A stretch of 64,000 nucleotides of DNA from Laetmonice hystrix. Its lineage: Eukaryota. The notes below the pieces were generated by a model, which saw nothing but the letters and a program-made list of their open reading frames with translations, was not told the DNA's origin and ran no database searches. The stretch lies in NCBI GenBank assembly GCA_965235115.1, contig OZ249436.1:37574001-37638000 (forward strand), given 5' to 3'. Position 1 is the first letter of the stretch. Each line of letters opens with the position of its first letter. Below are positions 14,193 through 25,566 of this stretch, piece by piece. The translations under genes and the position numbers were made by a program.

Positions 14193-14694
14193 TCGCTACA
14201 AGGTACTGGCTGGCCTAGCACCCCAGCGAACACTACAGTGACGCCAAAGAGTACAGTGAGGCCAAACAGTACACTGTGAGGCCAAGCATGGGAGGCCAAC
14301 CAGTAGAGTGAGACGTGCCTACATCTTACCGAATGGCCTAGTAGCCATGCAAACACTACAGTGAGGTAGTGGAAATGAAAGGTAGAGAAATCTACTGGCG
14401 AGGAGCATCTAATGTTAAAATCTGGAGAAGATACTCAAATGGGAAGTATACACATCACAACCATATATCTGTAGCGAACGTACGAGACCTATACGTTTGA
14501 CAGTTACTCATCTGGCCTAAGAATCATAACTTTGGGGGGCGTAGTTTCAATTTGACGTATCAAAAATGTAGCCATTTTTCGCTTCTCATTGCTTTAACCT
14601 AAGAGCCACAGGTGCCCGCCAGCCCGGCCAGGTATACCTGGTGATTCCACCGGTAGCCGGAAGATGGCAGTGCAGTCGCCGCCTCCGCCGCCGC
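14193..14694. repeat. ~500-bp direct repeat, copy 2
   Basis: Near-identical to 13334-13828 apart from small indels. Confidence 0.9.
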
Positions 14695-14897
14695 AGTGGA
14701 CAGGGCCCTTAAAGCAGCACATTTTGGCGCCCATTTGGTTTCGTTTCCGCGAGGACGGAGAAGGTAAGCTTAATCATGAAATCCCACTCAATTTGTAAGA
14801 AACAACCGTAATGACAGTGCAGTTGTAACTAGTCAGATGAGGTTCCATTCAAGCTGTGTATGTCGTGCTAGGGGCCTATATCAAGTGTACTTCTTAA

Positions 14898-15237
14898 AGG
14901 TGCTATTCGTCTCGCACAGAATGGCATTTCTCCTATCATACATTGTGCACATAGTACTAGAAAAAATTCCTACCGATACCATTGGCCTGATAAACCTTCT
15001 ATTAGTTTGTGTGCAGCATTTGAAACCTATCTCGGTGCGCACCGAGATAGAGCCATTTCCTATGGTGGGGTGTGTCAGGGTTTCCACAGGCCTTCTGAGA
15101 GAGCCCCATTTGTGCCGTTATCCATGAAAAATTTTGATTTCCTTTGGTTTGAATCTATTTCCATGATAGGTGGGATCACATAAACGTCAACAAAATTAAA
15201 AATAAAAAAATTGAATTTTTTTTCACGAATAGCACCT
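14898..15237. mobile_element. Kolobok-like MITE (TTAA target, AGG termini)
   Basis: ttaa|AGGTGCTATTCGT ... ACGAATAGCACCT|ttaa: perfect 13-bp TIRs with TTAA on both sides. Internal perfect 24-bp palindrome at 15027-15050. Confidence 0.85.
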
Positions 15238-15253
15238 TTAAACGAGCAATTAT

Positions 15254-15324
15254 CAGGGCCGTAGCCAGGCCCTTAGAATTACCCACTTTGCCTCCTCTGC
15301 TTTTACGGTCTGGCTACGGCCCTG
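15254..15324. mobile_element. 71-bp micro-MITE with hAT-like termini
   Basis: cagggccgtagccag ... ctggctacggccctg, perfect 15-bp TIRs. No clear 8-bp TSD. Confidence 0.6.
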
Positions 15325-16171
15325 GTTATGAGCTTTTTAAAGTTTGTTAAATATGGTATTAGCCTACAGTCTTATATCAGGGGCGGATCCAGGATTTTCA
15401 AGACGGGGGGGGGGGGGTGCTATGGAAAAAAGGGCACTTTCGCAAACCGCCCCCAGTGAGTAGCAAATAAAAGTGGCATCGGTAGACATGCACATATCAA
15501 CAGGGCCGTAGCTTGAAATTTCCGAGTGTTATGTTATGTTATGCGGCAGCCATAAAATAATAGGGGATATTACACAGCTGTCTACTCATATTATGTGTTA
15601 ACAGAATCAATATAAAAAACATTCAGTGCCATAATGTACGTCAGTTATCAGGAGCCTAGCACAAATATGAAGATTCTGTCTGTTCTTATCTCAAGGCGCT
15701 TTTATTTATCATTGGACCTTTCTGGGAATCAAATGAAATTACAGTATCTAATGGGCCCTTATAGACCCATATAAATTTATTATTATTAATACTTTTATTG
15801 GTGTGAAGGGGTCTATTGCAAAACCCGCCATATTGAACATTATCATTGCATGTTTCAGGTAACAATTACATTTTATTAGCATCTAATATCATCAAATAGA
15901 GAACTTGAAAAGACCAGTCGGCACATTACGTTTGTTCTGGCATCTATTCATAAACTGCCCCCTCATTCATTTTTGTCGGTCAACGACAGTTCCACCTGCT
16001 GTAGCAATGAAGACCATGATCTTAGCTCTACAGTGGTGGTACTTTGACATGCTTTATAAGTAGTTCCTGGAATATTATCATTACATAGCCCTAAGTGAAA
16101 GGGAAAGTCTTTAAAATTGCTTTATGTTGGTCATTCACGTGTAGATCTGCCTCCCAACGTGAATAATGACT

Positions 16172-16410
16172 GGCTCCTCTCCTGACACCTCTCCCGGCAC
16201 CTCCCGGCTCCTCTCCCAGCACCTTTCGACACCTCTCCCGGCTCCTTTCCCCACACCTCTCCCGGCACCTCCCGGCTCCTTTCCCCACACCTCTCCCGGC
16301 ACCTCATCCAGCACCTCTCCCGGTACCGCACCCGGCACCTCACCCGACACCTCCCGGCACCTCTCTCGGCACCACACCCGGCACCTCACCTGGCACCTCT
16401 CCCGGCACCT
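16172..16410. repeat. C-rich ~12-bp minisatellite (cacctctcccgg)
   Basis: Direct tandem units visible. They account for the low-complexity ORFs at 16091-16417. Confidence 0.9.
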
Positions 16411-16439
16411 GACTTAAGTCACTCCCCACATGATTTAAC

Positions 16440-17325
16440 GTCACTCGCCTACCTCACTCAGGCCACTCGCCCACATCACTCACCTCACTCGCCCACATCA
16501 CTCACGTCACTCGCCCACATCACTCACGTCACTCGCCCACATCACTCACGTCACTCGCCCACATCACTCACGTCAGTCACGTCACTCAATTCACTACCCC
16601 ACATCACTGATCACTCGCCAACATCACTCACGTCACTCCCCCAGATCACTCATGTTAACCCAGATAGCACACAGGCTGTCACAGCCGATGGCCCACTGCT
16701 GGGCCACCCGTCAAAGCAGCGGCAGCCGTTGGTGGCCCACTGGTGGCGTGACCAGCTGGTAGCCGTGCCAACGTTGGCCCGCTGAAGACAAAATAGCACA
16801 CAGCTGATGGCCCACTGTTGGGCCACCCATCAAAGCACCAGTGGCTTGGTGTCGGCAGCCGCTGGTGGCCCACCAGTGGCTGACCAGCTGGTAGCCGGTG
16901 GGCTATCTGCAGCCAGTGGGCCAACGGCTACCAGCTGGCCCGCCACTAGTGGGCCACTAGCGGCTGCCGACAGTGGGCCATCGGCTGTGTGCTATCTGGG
17001 TTACTACCCCACATCACTGATCACTCGCCCACATCACTCACGTCGCTACCCCACATCAGTGATCACTCGCCAACATCACACACGTCACTTCCCACATCAC
17101 TGCACACTCCCCCACATCACCGATTACTCGCCCACATCACTGAAGTCACTCCCCCACATCACTGATTACTCGTCCACATCACTCACGTCACTACCCCACA
17201 TCACTGGTCACTCCCCACATGATTTCCCATCCCTCGCCTACATCACTCACGTCACTCCCCGTCATCTTCAGGTCACTTCCCACATCACTTACGTCGCTCC
17301 CCCTCATCAGTCAAGTCACTACCCC
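16440..17325. repeat. ~22-bp minisatellite (cactcgcccacatcactcacgt), split by a MITE
   Basis: Tandem units on both sides of 16658-17001. Confidence 0.9.
16658..17001. mobile_element. 344-bp MITE inserted in the 22-bp minisatellite
   Basis: TIRs acccagatagcacaca / tgtgtgctatctgggt flanked by TA on both sides. Removing the element and one TA restores a monomer (cactcatgttactaccccacat). Confidence 0.85.
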
Positions 17326-18334
17326 CGATAGGTGCCGGGTGAGGTGCTGGTTGTAATGTCGGACGAGATGTTAAAATACATTTTGCGTCAGTATTATATT
17401 TTGCAGTCCTACAAGAGCCCCTGTCTAACAAAAGTTGATTTAAGTCTGGAGGAAGGAAGTGAATCTATATAATAGGCCCTATACTGGCTACGTTTTCTTT
17501 TTATCTATTGAAATATCATTACCTAATGCGCACCTGGAATGCACACAGTAATTACTATTGTTTAAGATTGAAGTCCCGCAAAACCTGTTATGTAGGCCTA
17601 AACCAGACTAGGGTACCCACCATGAGTTCCTGCTATAGTTTGTATACAGTATTCTTCTGTGAGGCATCGTACCGATCTCGGAGCCAAAGGCGCATACATA
17701 TAACTCGCCTCGAGGCAGGCCAAGATGGGGACTGTATACATAACATGGCAACAGTGGCGGCCACGGCCGCAGGAATGTAAATGACAATTACCACGTAGTG
17801 AATTATCGCGAATCTCTTTATCTAGCACTAAATTCAAAATATTAAAAAAATCGTGTGGCAAAATCGATCGCGCAAGTCCTATAGTCTTTTTGCTCACATG
17901 ACCGATTCAACTGCATCACGTATACAAATTCATTATAAAGAAAAATCGGTCGTGTGAAAAGCCGCTTTGTGTAGATCTATACAGAAAAACAGAAAATCGG
18001 TTGAAACTTGTGTCGGTCGGTCGTGTGAAACTTTCACCCGACCGATGAAAAAATCGTGCACGTTTCGTCGGTCGTGTGAAACTCCAAGGCCCTTATAGCT
18101 TCTCAAAAGAAATAGGCCCAGTTCGGCGAGCTGTGCGTGGTCCCCTGCGGCTTAACCAGGCTCCCGTGCATGCTGCAGGATCTGTAAGCGTTCATTTCAG
18201 CAAATGGGCGCGAATGTGAGCGTGGCACCAACTTATATAGCCTAGTTACTGTCATATTTCTACATGTGTCGTGAAAAATTAGGATAGGGGCCTTAGTAAA
18301 TACCAAAGAACTCTTTAACGTGATCTTAAATTCA

Positions 18335-18671
18335 TTAGAAGGCCATTCCACGTCGACTCAGATCCTTCAGAAGAGAAACGAACCGACGTTTGTCTTCGTT
18401 TTTATCGGCAGACACGTTGAGAAGTTGAACACACAAATCTGCCACCTGTTCCGTCGGCTCCTGCCCAGTGATGACATGGACGATTCGCTTGAATGATTCT
18501 ACCGAGATGGCTTCCTGGGCCGGGTGGTTGAGGTGAACTTCCAAGGCCAGGTCAAGGTCATCGAGTTCATCGTGGAGGCGGAACAGGTCTGTGAAATCGG
18601 TCACCGTAAAACCGGGACCACCCCACGCCACTCCCCGCATGTGCACCATGACCCCAGCCTTTTCGTCGTTG
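18335..18671 (-). CDS. MICU3-like: MICU2/3-like calcium uptake protein, coding exon 2 (terminal)
   Basis: GFTVTDFTDLFRLHDELDDLDLAL...ISVESFKRIVHVITG...FVSLLKDLSRRG matches the MICU C-lobe pattern. Acceptor tttcttttgtaaacag precedes 18671, and phase 2 joins in frame with exon 1. Confidence 0.85.
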
Positions 18672-19026
18672 CTGTTTACAAAAGAAATTGTAAAGTATGT
18701 GAGGGAGGGAACGGCACAAGGACGATCCCGTTAAGTTTTCTGTTTGCTTGTCACAGTGCAAGTCACTGCAGGTGAAGTTTGCTGTAGGATAGGTCTGTCA
18801 GGAAAAGTAAACAAGCACAGCAGACTCGTGTTGTATTTCGTGCATCGATATATATACTCCGTGTGTCTGCATAATGGGAACGCTGAGAAAGAAAAGAACT
18901 TCAGGAGAAATCCCCATGAAATTGATACTTGTTTCTTTCCCTGATTCGAAGAAAGCTTGGAGGTCAGTGCTAAAATAGATTTCTGTGCTGATTTTGAAAT
19001 GTCCAGGAGTAGACTATAATGGAGTA

Positions 19027-20632
19027 TAGTATAGACCTCGCATTATAACGGCCTTGCATATACCAGACAATCGCCTATAACGTACTGAAACTGGAAGTCT
19101 CGGTCCCTTCTAACTATAATTCAAACTAGAAACTCTGATTGCCAAGCAATACAGGTAGGATCCCATTTCCCCAATGGTTTTTTATCATTACCTACATTTT
19201 TCTCTACTTCAATTTCACTGTCATGTGATTCAGCCAACTGTGGAACCATCCACACCAACCTGCTGGCTCACTCAACCAAGGGCAGAGCTGACCAAGAGTT
19301 CTCTTGTAACTTCAAGAAGACCGCTTAATATAGGCCTAATCTTTTATTCCACTCTCCTCCAATATAAGATTCAAGAATATAATATACTCTTCCAATATAA
19401 GATTCAAGAATATGATATCTTATACAGTTACACCCACAGTTATAAATACAAAGGCCCAGCTATTAAATTAAGTCTGTTCCCAGCAAGCGTCCGTCAACGC
19501 ACCCTGACTGAGAGGAATGGGGAGTCCCTGCCGTCCCCGACCTTATCAGCAGCAGTTACGTAACGCTGCCAACAAGGGGCTGGGAGAGGCGGCCGGCCTC
19601 ACAGCAGGCGCTTTGTGTATTCAGAGATGCTAACCGTCAGAGGGAAAACATATTATTGTGGAGACTATACCCATTAAAACTTACAATTGTGACCATATTA
19701 CCTTTCCAAGAAAAGAACTAAACGATCAGCGGTATGCCTGACTCTATACACTTTGTAACTGTCATATTTGTAGATGGCTATCACACACACGTTTCAAGAT
19801 AGAGCCTGTCTACGTCAGATTACATATTTCATCATAAATGAAAAGATATTGGTAAATTTATGCAAAAAATTATGCAAAGTGACCAATCTTCAATAGGAGC
19901 ACACATCTAGTGACCAAATATATGATTCCTATCTCGTCGAAGCAATTTTAGCAAAAAGTGCCAAAAGTGCCACTTTTTAAAGTCACGTGACTCTCTTAAT
20001 ATTAGTCAAATTCTTTATTTCTAAACGTCCCCATAAAGAGCCACCTTATGAGACTCTTCAGACACACTTTGCCTACATATTGCAAAATATTGAGGGAGGA
20101 CATGCTATTTAAGCTGTTAACATCTTTGACCTAGATCTCACAAAGGTCAAAGGTCAGAGGTCAAATTCAGGTGCATGACGATTAATGCCCAAGTGCCTAA
20201 TTAGGAATTATCATCGAGATAGCTCCTACTTTTCCAGAAATTCAAGAAATGAGCCCTCCTTTGAGAAACTTTAACACGTCATAAGTTATTGACGTGACGT
20301 CATATGACGTAATCAGTCAATAGCTGATCATTTTAGTGGATGATCAATGTTCCCTGCAAGTTACATGACGATACCTCCATAGATAACCGAGATACAGCAA
20401 AAGGTCACTACACCAATAATCAGAAGAAGAAGAAGAAGAAGAAGAAGAAGAAGAAGAAGAAGAAGAAGAATAGTGTAGACGAAACCAAGTGATTTCAAAA
20501 TCCCATTTCCCCCTTCGGGGGGGGGGGGGGGGATGGGATAATTAGCCTATGACGTTATGCGTATAACAGACTTCGCATATAACAGACAAAAATCTCTGGT
20601 CCCAATCAGTACGTTATATGCGAAGTCTACTG
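19027..20632. mobile_element. Tigger/pogo-like MITE interrupted by a Helentron-type element (in the MICU intron)
   Basis: Right end cgttatatgcgaagtctactg|ta; degenerate left end ta|tagtatagacctcgcattataacg. Confidence 0.5.
19124..20540 (-). mobile_element. Helentron-type non-autonomous element
   Basis: aactag terminus, atcccatttcccc motif near both ends, terminal hairpin (tcccatttccccc...ggggatggga), (GAA)n at about 20422-20470, and the aaaggtcaaaggtca / gacgtgacgtca module shared with the 57-64 kb copies. Confidence 0.7.
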
Positions 20633-20959
20633 TATTTCTAAGCCTACTATTAATGTTCAGGTTTGTTTTCGGAAAAAAATATGCATTATATGTATTCAGT
20701 GGGGATCCTGGGGGGCCCGGGCTCCCGTAGATTTCCTTTTTCTTCTTTTATAGTCAAAATAAAAAAAATGTAGGTGGGCCCCCCTTATCAAAATCCTGGA
20801 TCCCCCAATGTGTATTATATTTTCATGTTATTATGAATTCCAGCCAGATATAGGCCTACAGACAAACTGGGGCCCATACATGGGGATGTTACAAATTAAA
20901 TGCCAGTCAACATGGGGATGAGAAGCCCGTAATATTATTTAGCGTTCTTTATAACCAAC

Positions 20960-21858
20960 CTTAAGTTCGACCGTCGCAGAAGCACCCAGACAACGTCTGG
21001 GGCTGATACCGTTTTCTGTCCGCCTGACAACCTCTCAAACTCCACCTCAGCCATCTCAGTTCGAAAGTCTCCAAGAAACCGGCGGAGGTCAACAAAACGG
21101 AGAACGTCACTGCCCTTCACACCGAACAGATGTACTTCGAGAGTCGTCAGTGGTTTCCTATTGTCAACTTCTAACCGTTTGGCCTCGGAGTTCTTTTCCT
21201 GGATTACACTGTTTAGTTTGGAGCGGTCGGTAGGCTTGACGCTATCAATTATTGGGGAGAGACCATGTGCCAAGACCCCTCGCATCAGGCAAAACCGCTC
21301 ATAATCCAAATAATGTTTATCATTGGCCAAATATGAAAACATGGGACGGAAGGAGTAAGGATCCTTCATGAGCGCATGCGATAAAAGTACAAAATCTTCG
21401 AAGGAAAAAAGTCCGTCTTTGTCGAGACTCCTGAAAAAGGACGTTGAACCTTTCCACCTTCGTGGTGTGTGTTTTACCAAGCCCGTGTTGTAGCTGAGAT
21501 GATTAAGCCTACCGGTTCTGACTGGTTTTTCCTCCGTAACATACTCCATGAAATCTCTCGAGGACATGTATCTCCTACCGTCAATTTCTAGTGAAGCATA
21601 CGCGAGGAAATTGTTTTGTAGCTCTACTATATGCCAGGAATGAGCTTTTTCACCCCGGATTGATAGAGCACCGAATTCGCCACAGTCCTGTCCATCTTCC
21701 GTCAACGTCTCTTCTGTGACACCGCACGGATAGAAGTTATGTTCACCTATTCTTTTCTTGGACGATTTTACAGCAAGATCGTGTCCTTTGATTGTTGCCC
21801 CCGTGCCGATGACCAGTACAACCACTGAACGTGTCCTTCCCCACGCTTGTCTGAACAT
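20960..21858 (-). CDS. MICU3-like: MICU2/3-like calcium uptake protein, coding exon 1 (411 aa after splicing)
   Basis: FLAYASLEIDGRRYMSSRDFMEYVTEE, FFRSLDKDGLFSFEDF, TTLEVHLFGVKG and FRTEMAEVEF match MICU-family blocks. Basic N-terminus compatible with a mitochondrial presequence. Donor AAG|gttggt at 20960/20959. Confidence 0.85.
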
Positions 21859-22122
21859 TGTGGGAGAGGGGTAGGCCTACTGCATTTTATGATCTCCCCT
21901 GTAGATCTAAATATTGCCATCCATGTCCATGGGGAAATTTCCTTGAACACTGGTGCCTTTAACAGTAATAAATTCTAGATCTATAACTCCCTCAGTTTAC
22001 CGTACTCGGTTTTATAAGACTAAATATACAATACCTCGGAGTATGTGTACCTAGTCCAATGCCACGAGCCACACTGACAGTTGAACGGTAGCAGGTACAT
22101 GTAAAGTTTACATGTTTTAAGA

Positions 22123-22152
22123 CCACGTGACGGAGAGGCGGCGCATGCGCGG
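22123..22152. promoter_or_regulatory. Candidate promoter motifs for the MICU-like gene: E-box and NRF1-like palindrome
   Basis: ccacgtgac at about 22123 and gcgcatgcgc at 22141-22150, in a CpG-rich patch about 280 bp upstream of the ATG. Confidence 0.4.
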
Positions 22153-23780
22153 TAGGAACTAGTTTGGCGGCATGCATGCAGAAGTTTCCGCCAGCAGCGA
22201 CAGTGGGCGACTCGTAAAAATCTTGTTCCGTATGGTGGCAGCACTGTCGCACTGGTCCTCGCTCCAACAACGTAGCATAAGATTAGGCTTAGATACATGT
22301 AGGTGTTACCACTTTTTGTCATGGAAAATTACAGTGTGTAGGACTTCCTGGGTCCTGTTTTATAAACCACGACCAAAAAAGATCGATAATTCTTAAAAAA
22401 TCGTAGCAGGAACGATAATCGTTACGATATATCGTCGGTTCCGTTTCATAAAGTGCATCGTTGAAGAAAACCAAAATCGTTACATATTTGAAAATCGTTC
22501 CTCGTCGACCCTGGGTAACACAACCGGGAACCAGTTTAATGAACTGAATAGTGACGTCAGGAGGGGAATTCCGGGAATACCCCCTTGACACATGCTTGTT
22601 CTGCCGTAGGTACGTACGTCCGTATACGTCCGTAGACAGCGATTTCTCAGAAGTGTATGGGTCGATTTCTTTAAAACTTCACACAATGATCAGGGATGAT
22701 CTGAGTATGATTTTTGATAACAGCGATATCATGGCCACGTGACCTTTTGACCTCTGGTGACCCTGATAATTAATATACACATAAAAAACATATATCATCT
22801 AAAAGTACTTTGTTTGGGCTTTCAAATGATACCTCATTTGCAAAAATAGGATGAAGTACACGTTCTCTATAAGCGTTTATGTTACCCCACCCGCCATTAT
22901 TCAGGGTCATAATTTTTGCATTTTGAAAATTGGCGATTTCCCCTAAAATGATGCCACACACCCAAATCCAGCAGTTTCGACTTGTAACACACTCAGATCC
23001 AGGTGAGTAACAACATTTCGCATCTAAAACCACCTTCAGACCTTTTGGCCTCGAAACTGCAAATAAGCCCCCCCCCCCTGGCTCCCGGACTTGAGGGAGG
23101 ATGGGAGCAGTTAGATTTTCACAGACACATCGCCACGCATTGATGCATTGATGCAGTATGAGAATATGAACTGCTCCCTGACTGACTTTGCCCCCAGCCT
23201 CGTTTTGGGAGAGACAGCTGCATGACCAGCGATGGCCGCCATTATGTTCACAGATTCAAACTTCAGCTTCGGTGAATACTCATTCAGTAACAGCCAGTGC
23301 TTAAAGAATGGTAGGGAAACCTTCATTAAGACTTTATGTACGACTGGAAACTATGTGTGGGGGAGCTATACAGGGAGGTACAAGGAGATGCAAGGACCCA
23401 CCGATTTTGAATGGAAGCAATCCCAAGCCGAAGGTCGCCATGATCGGGGGTGGGGTGACGAAAATGGAAAAATCCCCATTAAAGGCTCATGCTAAGAAAC
23501 ACGTTTTGGAGGATTTCCGGCAATTATCCAACATGACCGTGTACTAGGGATCGAAGTAAATAATCCTACCACAGCATTTTGTCCCCAAATGTGTTTTCGC
23601 TGCGTGTGCAGCACAAGTTGGTTCCATAGGAAAAAACGTATAGATTTCTCCCGATGGCACTGTGGCAACCATAAATGTCGTCGTAACCGTAAATGTCGTT
23701 TGACGACATTTATAGACGCCTAAATGTCGTCAGCGACATTTACAGACGGCTAAATGTCGTCAACGACAAATATGGACACT

Positions 23781-24003
23781 TAAGGGGTGTTCACACTGGC
23801 GGCGCGGTGCGATGCGGTGCGAATTTTCCGCGCCTGAACGCTCCCCACGTTTAACCTATTTGGTGTTCACATCTGCGGTGCGGCGCGATGCGGTAGGACG
23901 CGGTAGGTGGCGGCTAGCGGTTCCAACCGCGCCCGATCGCTCCTGCAGTCTCTCTCTCTCTCTCTCCCTCTCCCTCTCTCTTTCCCTCTCTCTCTCCCTC
24001 TCT
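23781..24003. mobile_element. Harbinger-like MITE end followed by a (CT)n microsatellite
   Basis: taa-ggggtgttcacact terminus, gcggtgcg-rich body, (ct)n at about 23948-24003. Confidence 0.45.
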
Positions 24004-24544
24004 CATTTCAAAGGCTTTAATATGTTTTAGGTTCATGTTGAAATTTGCATGGGGGAAACGATGATCGATTACCTATTATTCATACTCATACATTCAGTTA
24101 TTGTTTATGTCATTTACTTAATTTCACGCTTCAAACAATTTACTTTCCATACAGTAGAACCGAAAATATGTTGTTGAATTTTTTAACCTCAAAACCAGTA
24201 TTACTCTCATGTATTTTTGAAACGGATAGTGAGCGCATGCCGTTTACAACTGATATGTAAAAATAATCTCATTTACGACAGCAATGACACTGTGACGTCA
24301 TCGGTACTTTTCAAAACCTTGAGCGCTCTTCTACTATGCTGTTTTTTTCTACCTCGGTTCATCAATTAGGTTTCAAGTCAGGGGCTCCCCCTTCAATAAA
24401 AACACATGGATTATTCTAGAATGACCAACTCTGCATCGAGTAAAAACAATTTCATGCCTCCGTTGGGTTAGGCCATGATGATACCTTTGGTTTACGATGA
24501 GACTGATCTGATACAATTAAAATATTGTTTGCTCGTTCATCCCA

Positions 24545-24725
24545 TTCGGCAAGTGCTTGCAGACAGGATAAGGAATCCGAGAAAATGAGGAAGTACTTTT
24601 TGCCAGAAACTTCAAGATTTTGAAGGGCAAGAAGCAGGGCCCGGGCCTCTGCTGAGAAGATGGAACTTTGCCCTGAGATGCGGGTGCCGAAGTTGTGCTT
24701 GCCATGAACTGCTGCAGCAGTGATT
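24545..24725 (-). pseudogene. RNase H domain relic of an I/Nimb-type non-LTR retrotransposon
   Basis: AAAV...SIFSAEARALLLAL...FLIFSDSLSCLQAL is the characteristic non-LTR RNase H pattern. No reverse transcriptase is adjacent. Confidence 0.8.
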
Positions 24726-24751
24726 CTGGAGACCAACCGTTATACCTTATA

Positions 24752-25566
24752 CCCTAGTCACACTAGAGGCGGAATGAGCCAGAATGCTGTCGGAATGAAA
24801 ATTCTTGGTATATTCCTGGATATTCGAAGTACATTCTAAAAGTTCTGACTGCATTCTGAGTGCATTCCAAAATCGGGCCCATTCTTGTGGCCGGCCCGAA
24901 TGTTTTGCTCATGCTCAAAACTTTCGAGGTGCATTCGAAGTGGAAAAATATCGAACGGCATTCGAAGTGTATTCTAAATGCACTCTGACTGCATTCTAAA
25001 TATTCTTACGACATTCCAACAGCATTCGAAACATTCTGATCGCATTCGAGGAAAAATCGAAACGGCAAGCCACTTCAAATCCTGCCAGAATGTCCCCAAC
25101 GCGCCTCGAATGAGCCGGAATGCACCTCGAATGCATCTCGATTGCTGCCGGAATCTATACTCGGAACATTCGTGTTACATTCTAAGTACATTCGAAGTGC
25201 ATTCTAAGTATTCGAGCTGCATTCTGTTTGAATTTTTGGACGTTCGAATCATATTCGGCGGCCATTCCGGGAGCGTTCTGACTGCATTCGAGGTGCATTC
25301 TAAATATTCTGACTGCATTCTAACAGCATTCTAAATATTCCTACTGTGTTCCAACTACATTCGAGCTGCATTCGAGAGCTAATACACCCGGAATGTGCAA
25401 GAATCATTCGAGGCGGGTTCGAAGCGCATTCTAAGTATTCTAACGCCATTCTTACAAAGCTTTAAGAATTTTGGTCAATTTGAAATTCCCTCCCGAATGT
25501 GGCGAGAATTCTTCATTCCGGCTGGTTCTGCTTGATTCCTGCTGATTCCAATAAGTGTGACGAGGG
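24752..25566. mobile_element. 815-bp MITE rich in gcattc/gaatgc motifs
   Basis: TIRs ccctagtcacact / agtgtgacgaggg (1 mismatch), flanked by TA on both sides. Confidence 0.8.

Noticed and set aside
16091..17331. ORFs of 65-174 aa rich in Pro, His or Gly
   Set aside because: They are translations of the 12- and 22-bp minisatellites and a MITE.
23670..23775. Palindromic repeats resembling a mini-CRISPR
   Set aside because: Spacers are only about 8 bp and similar to each other.
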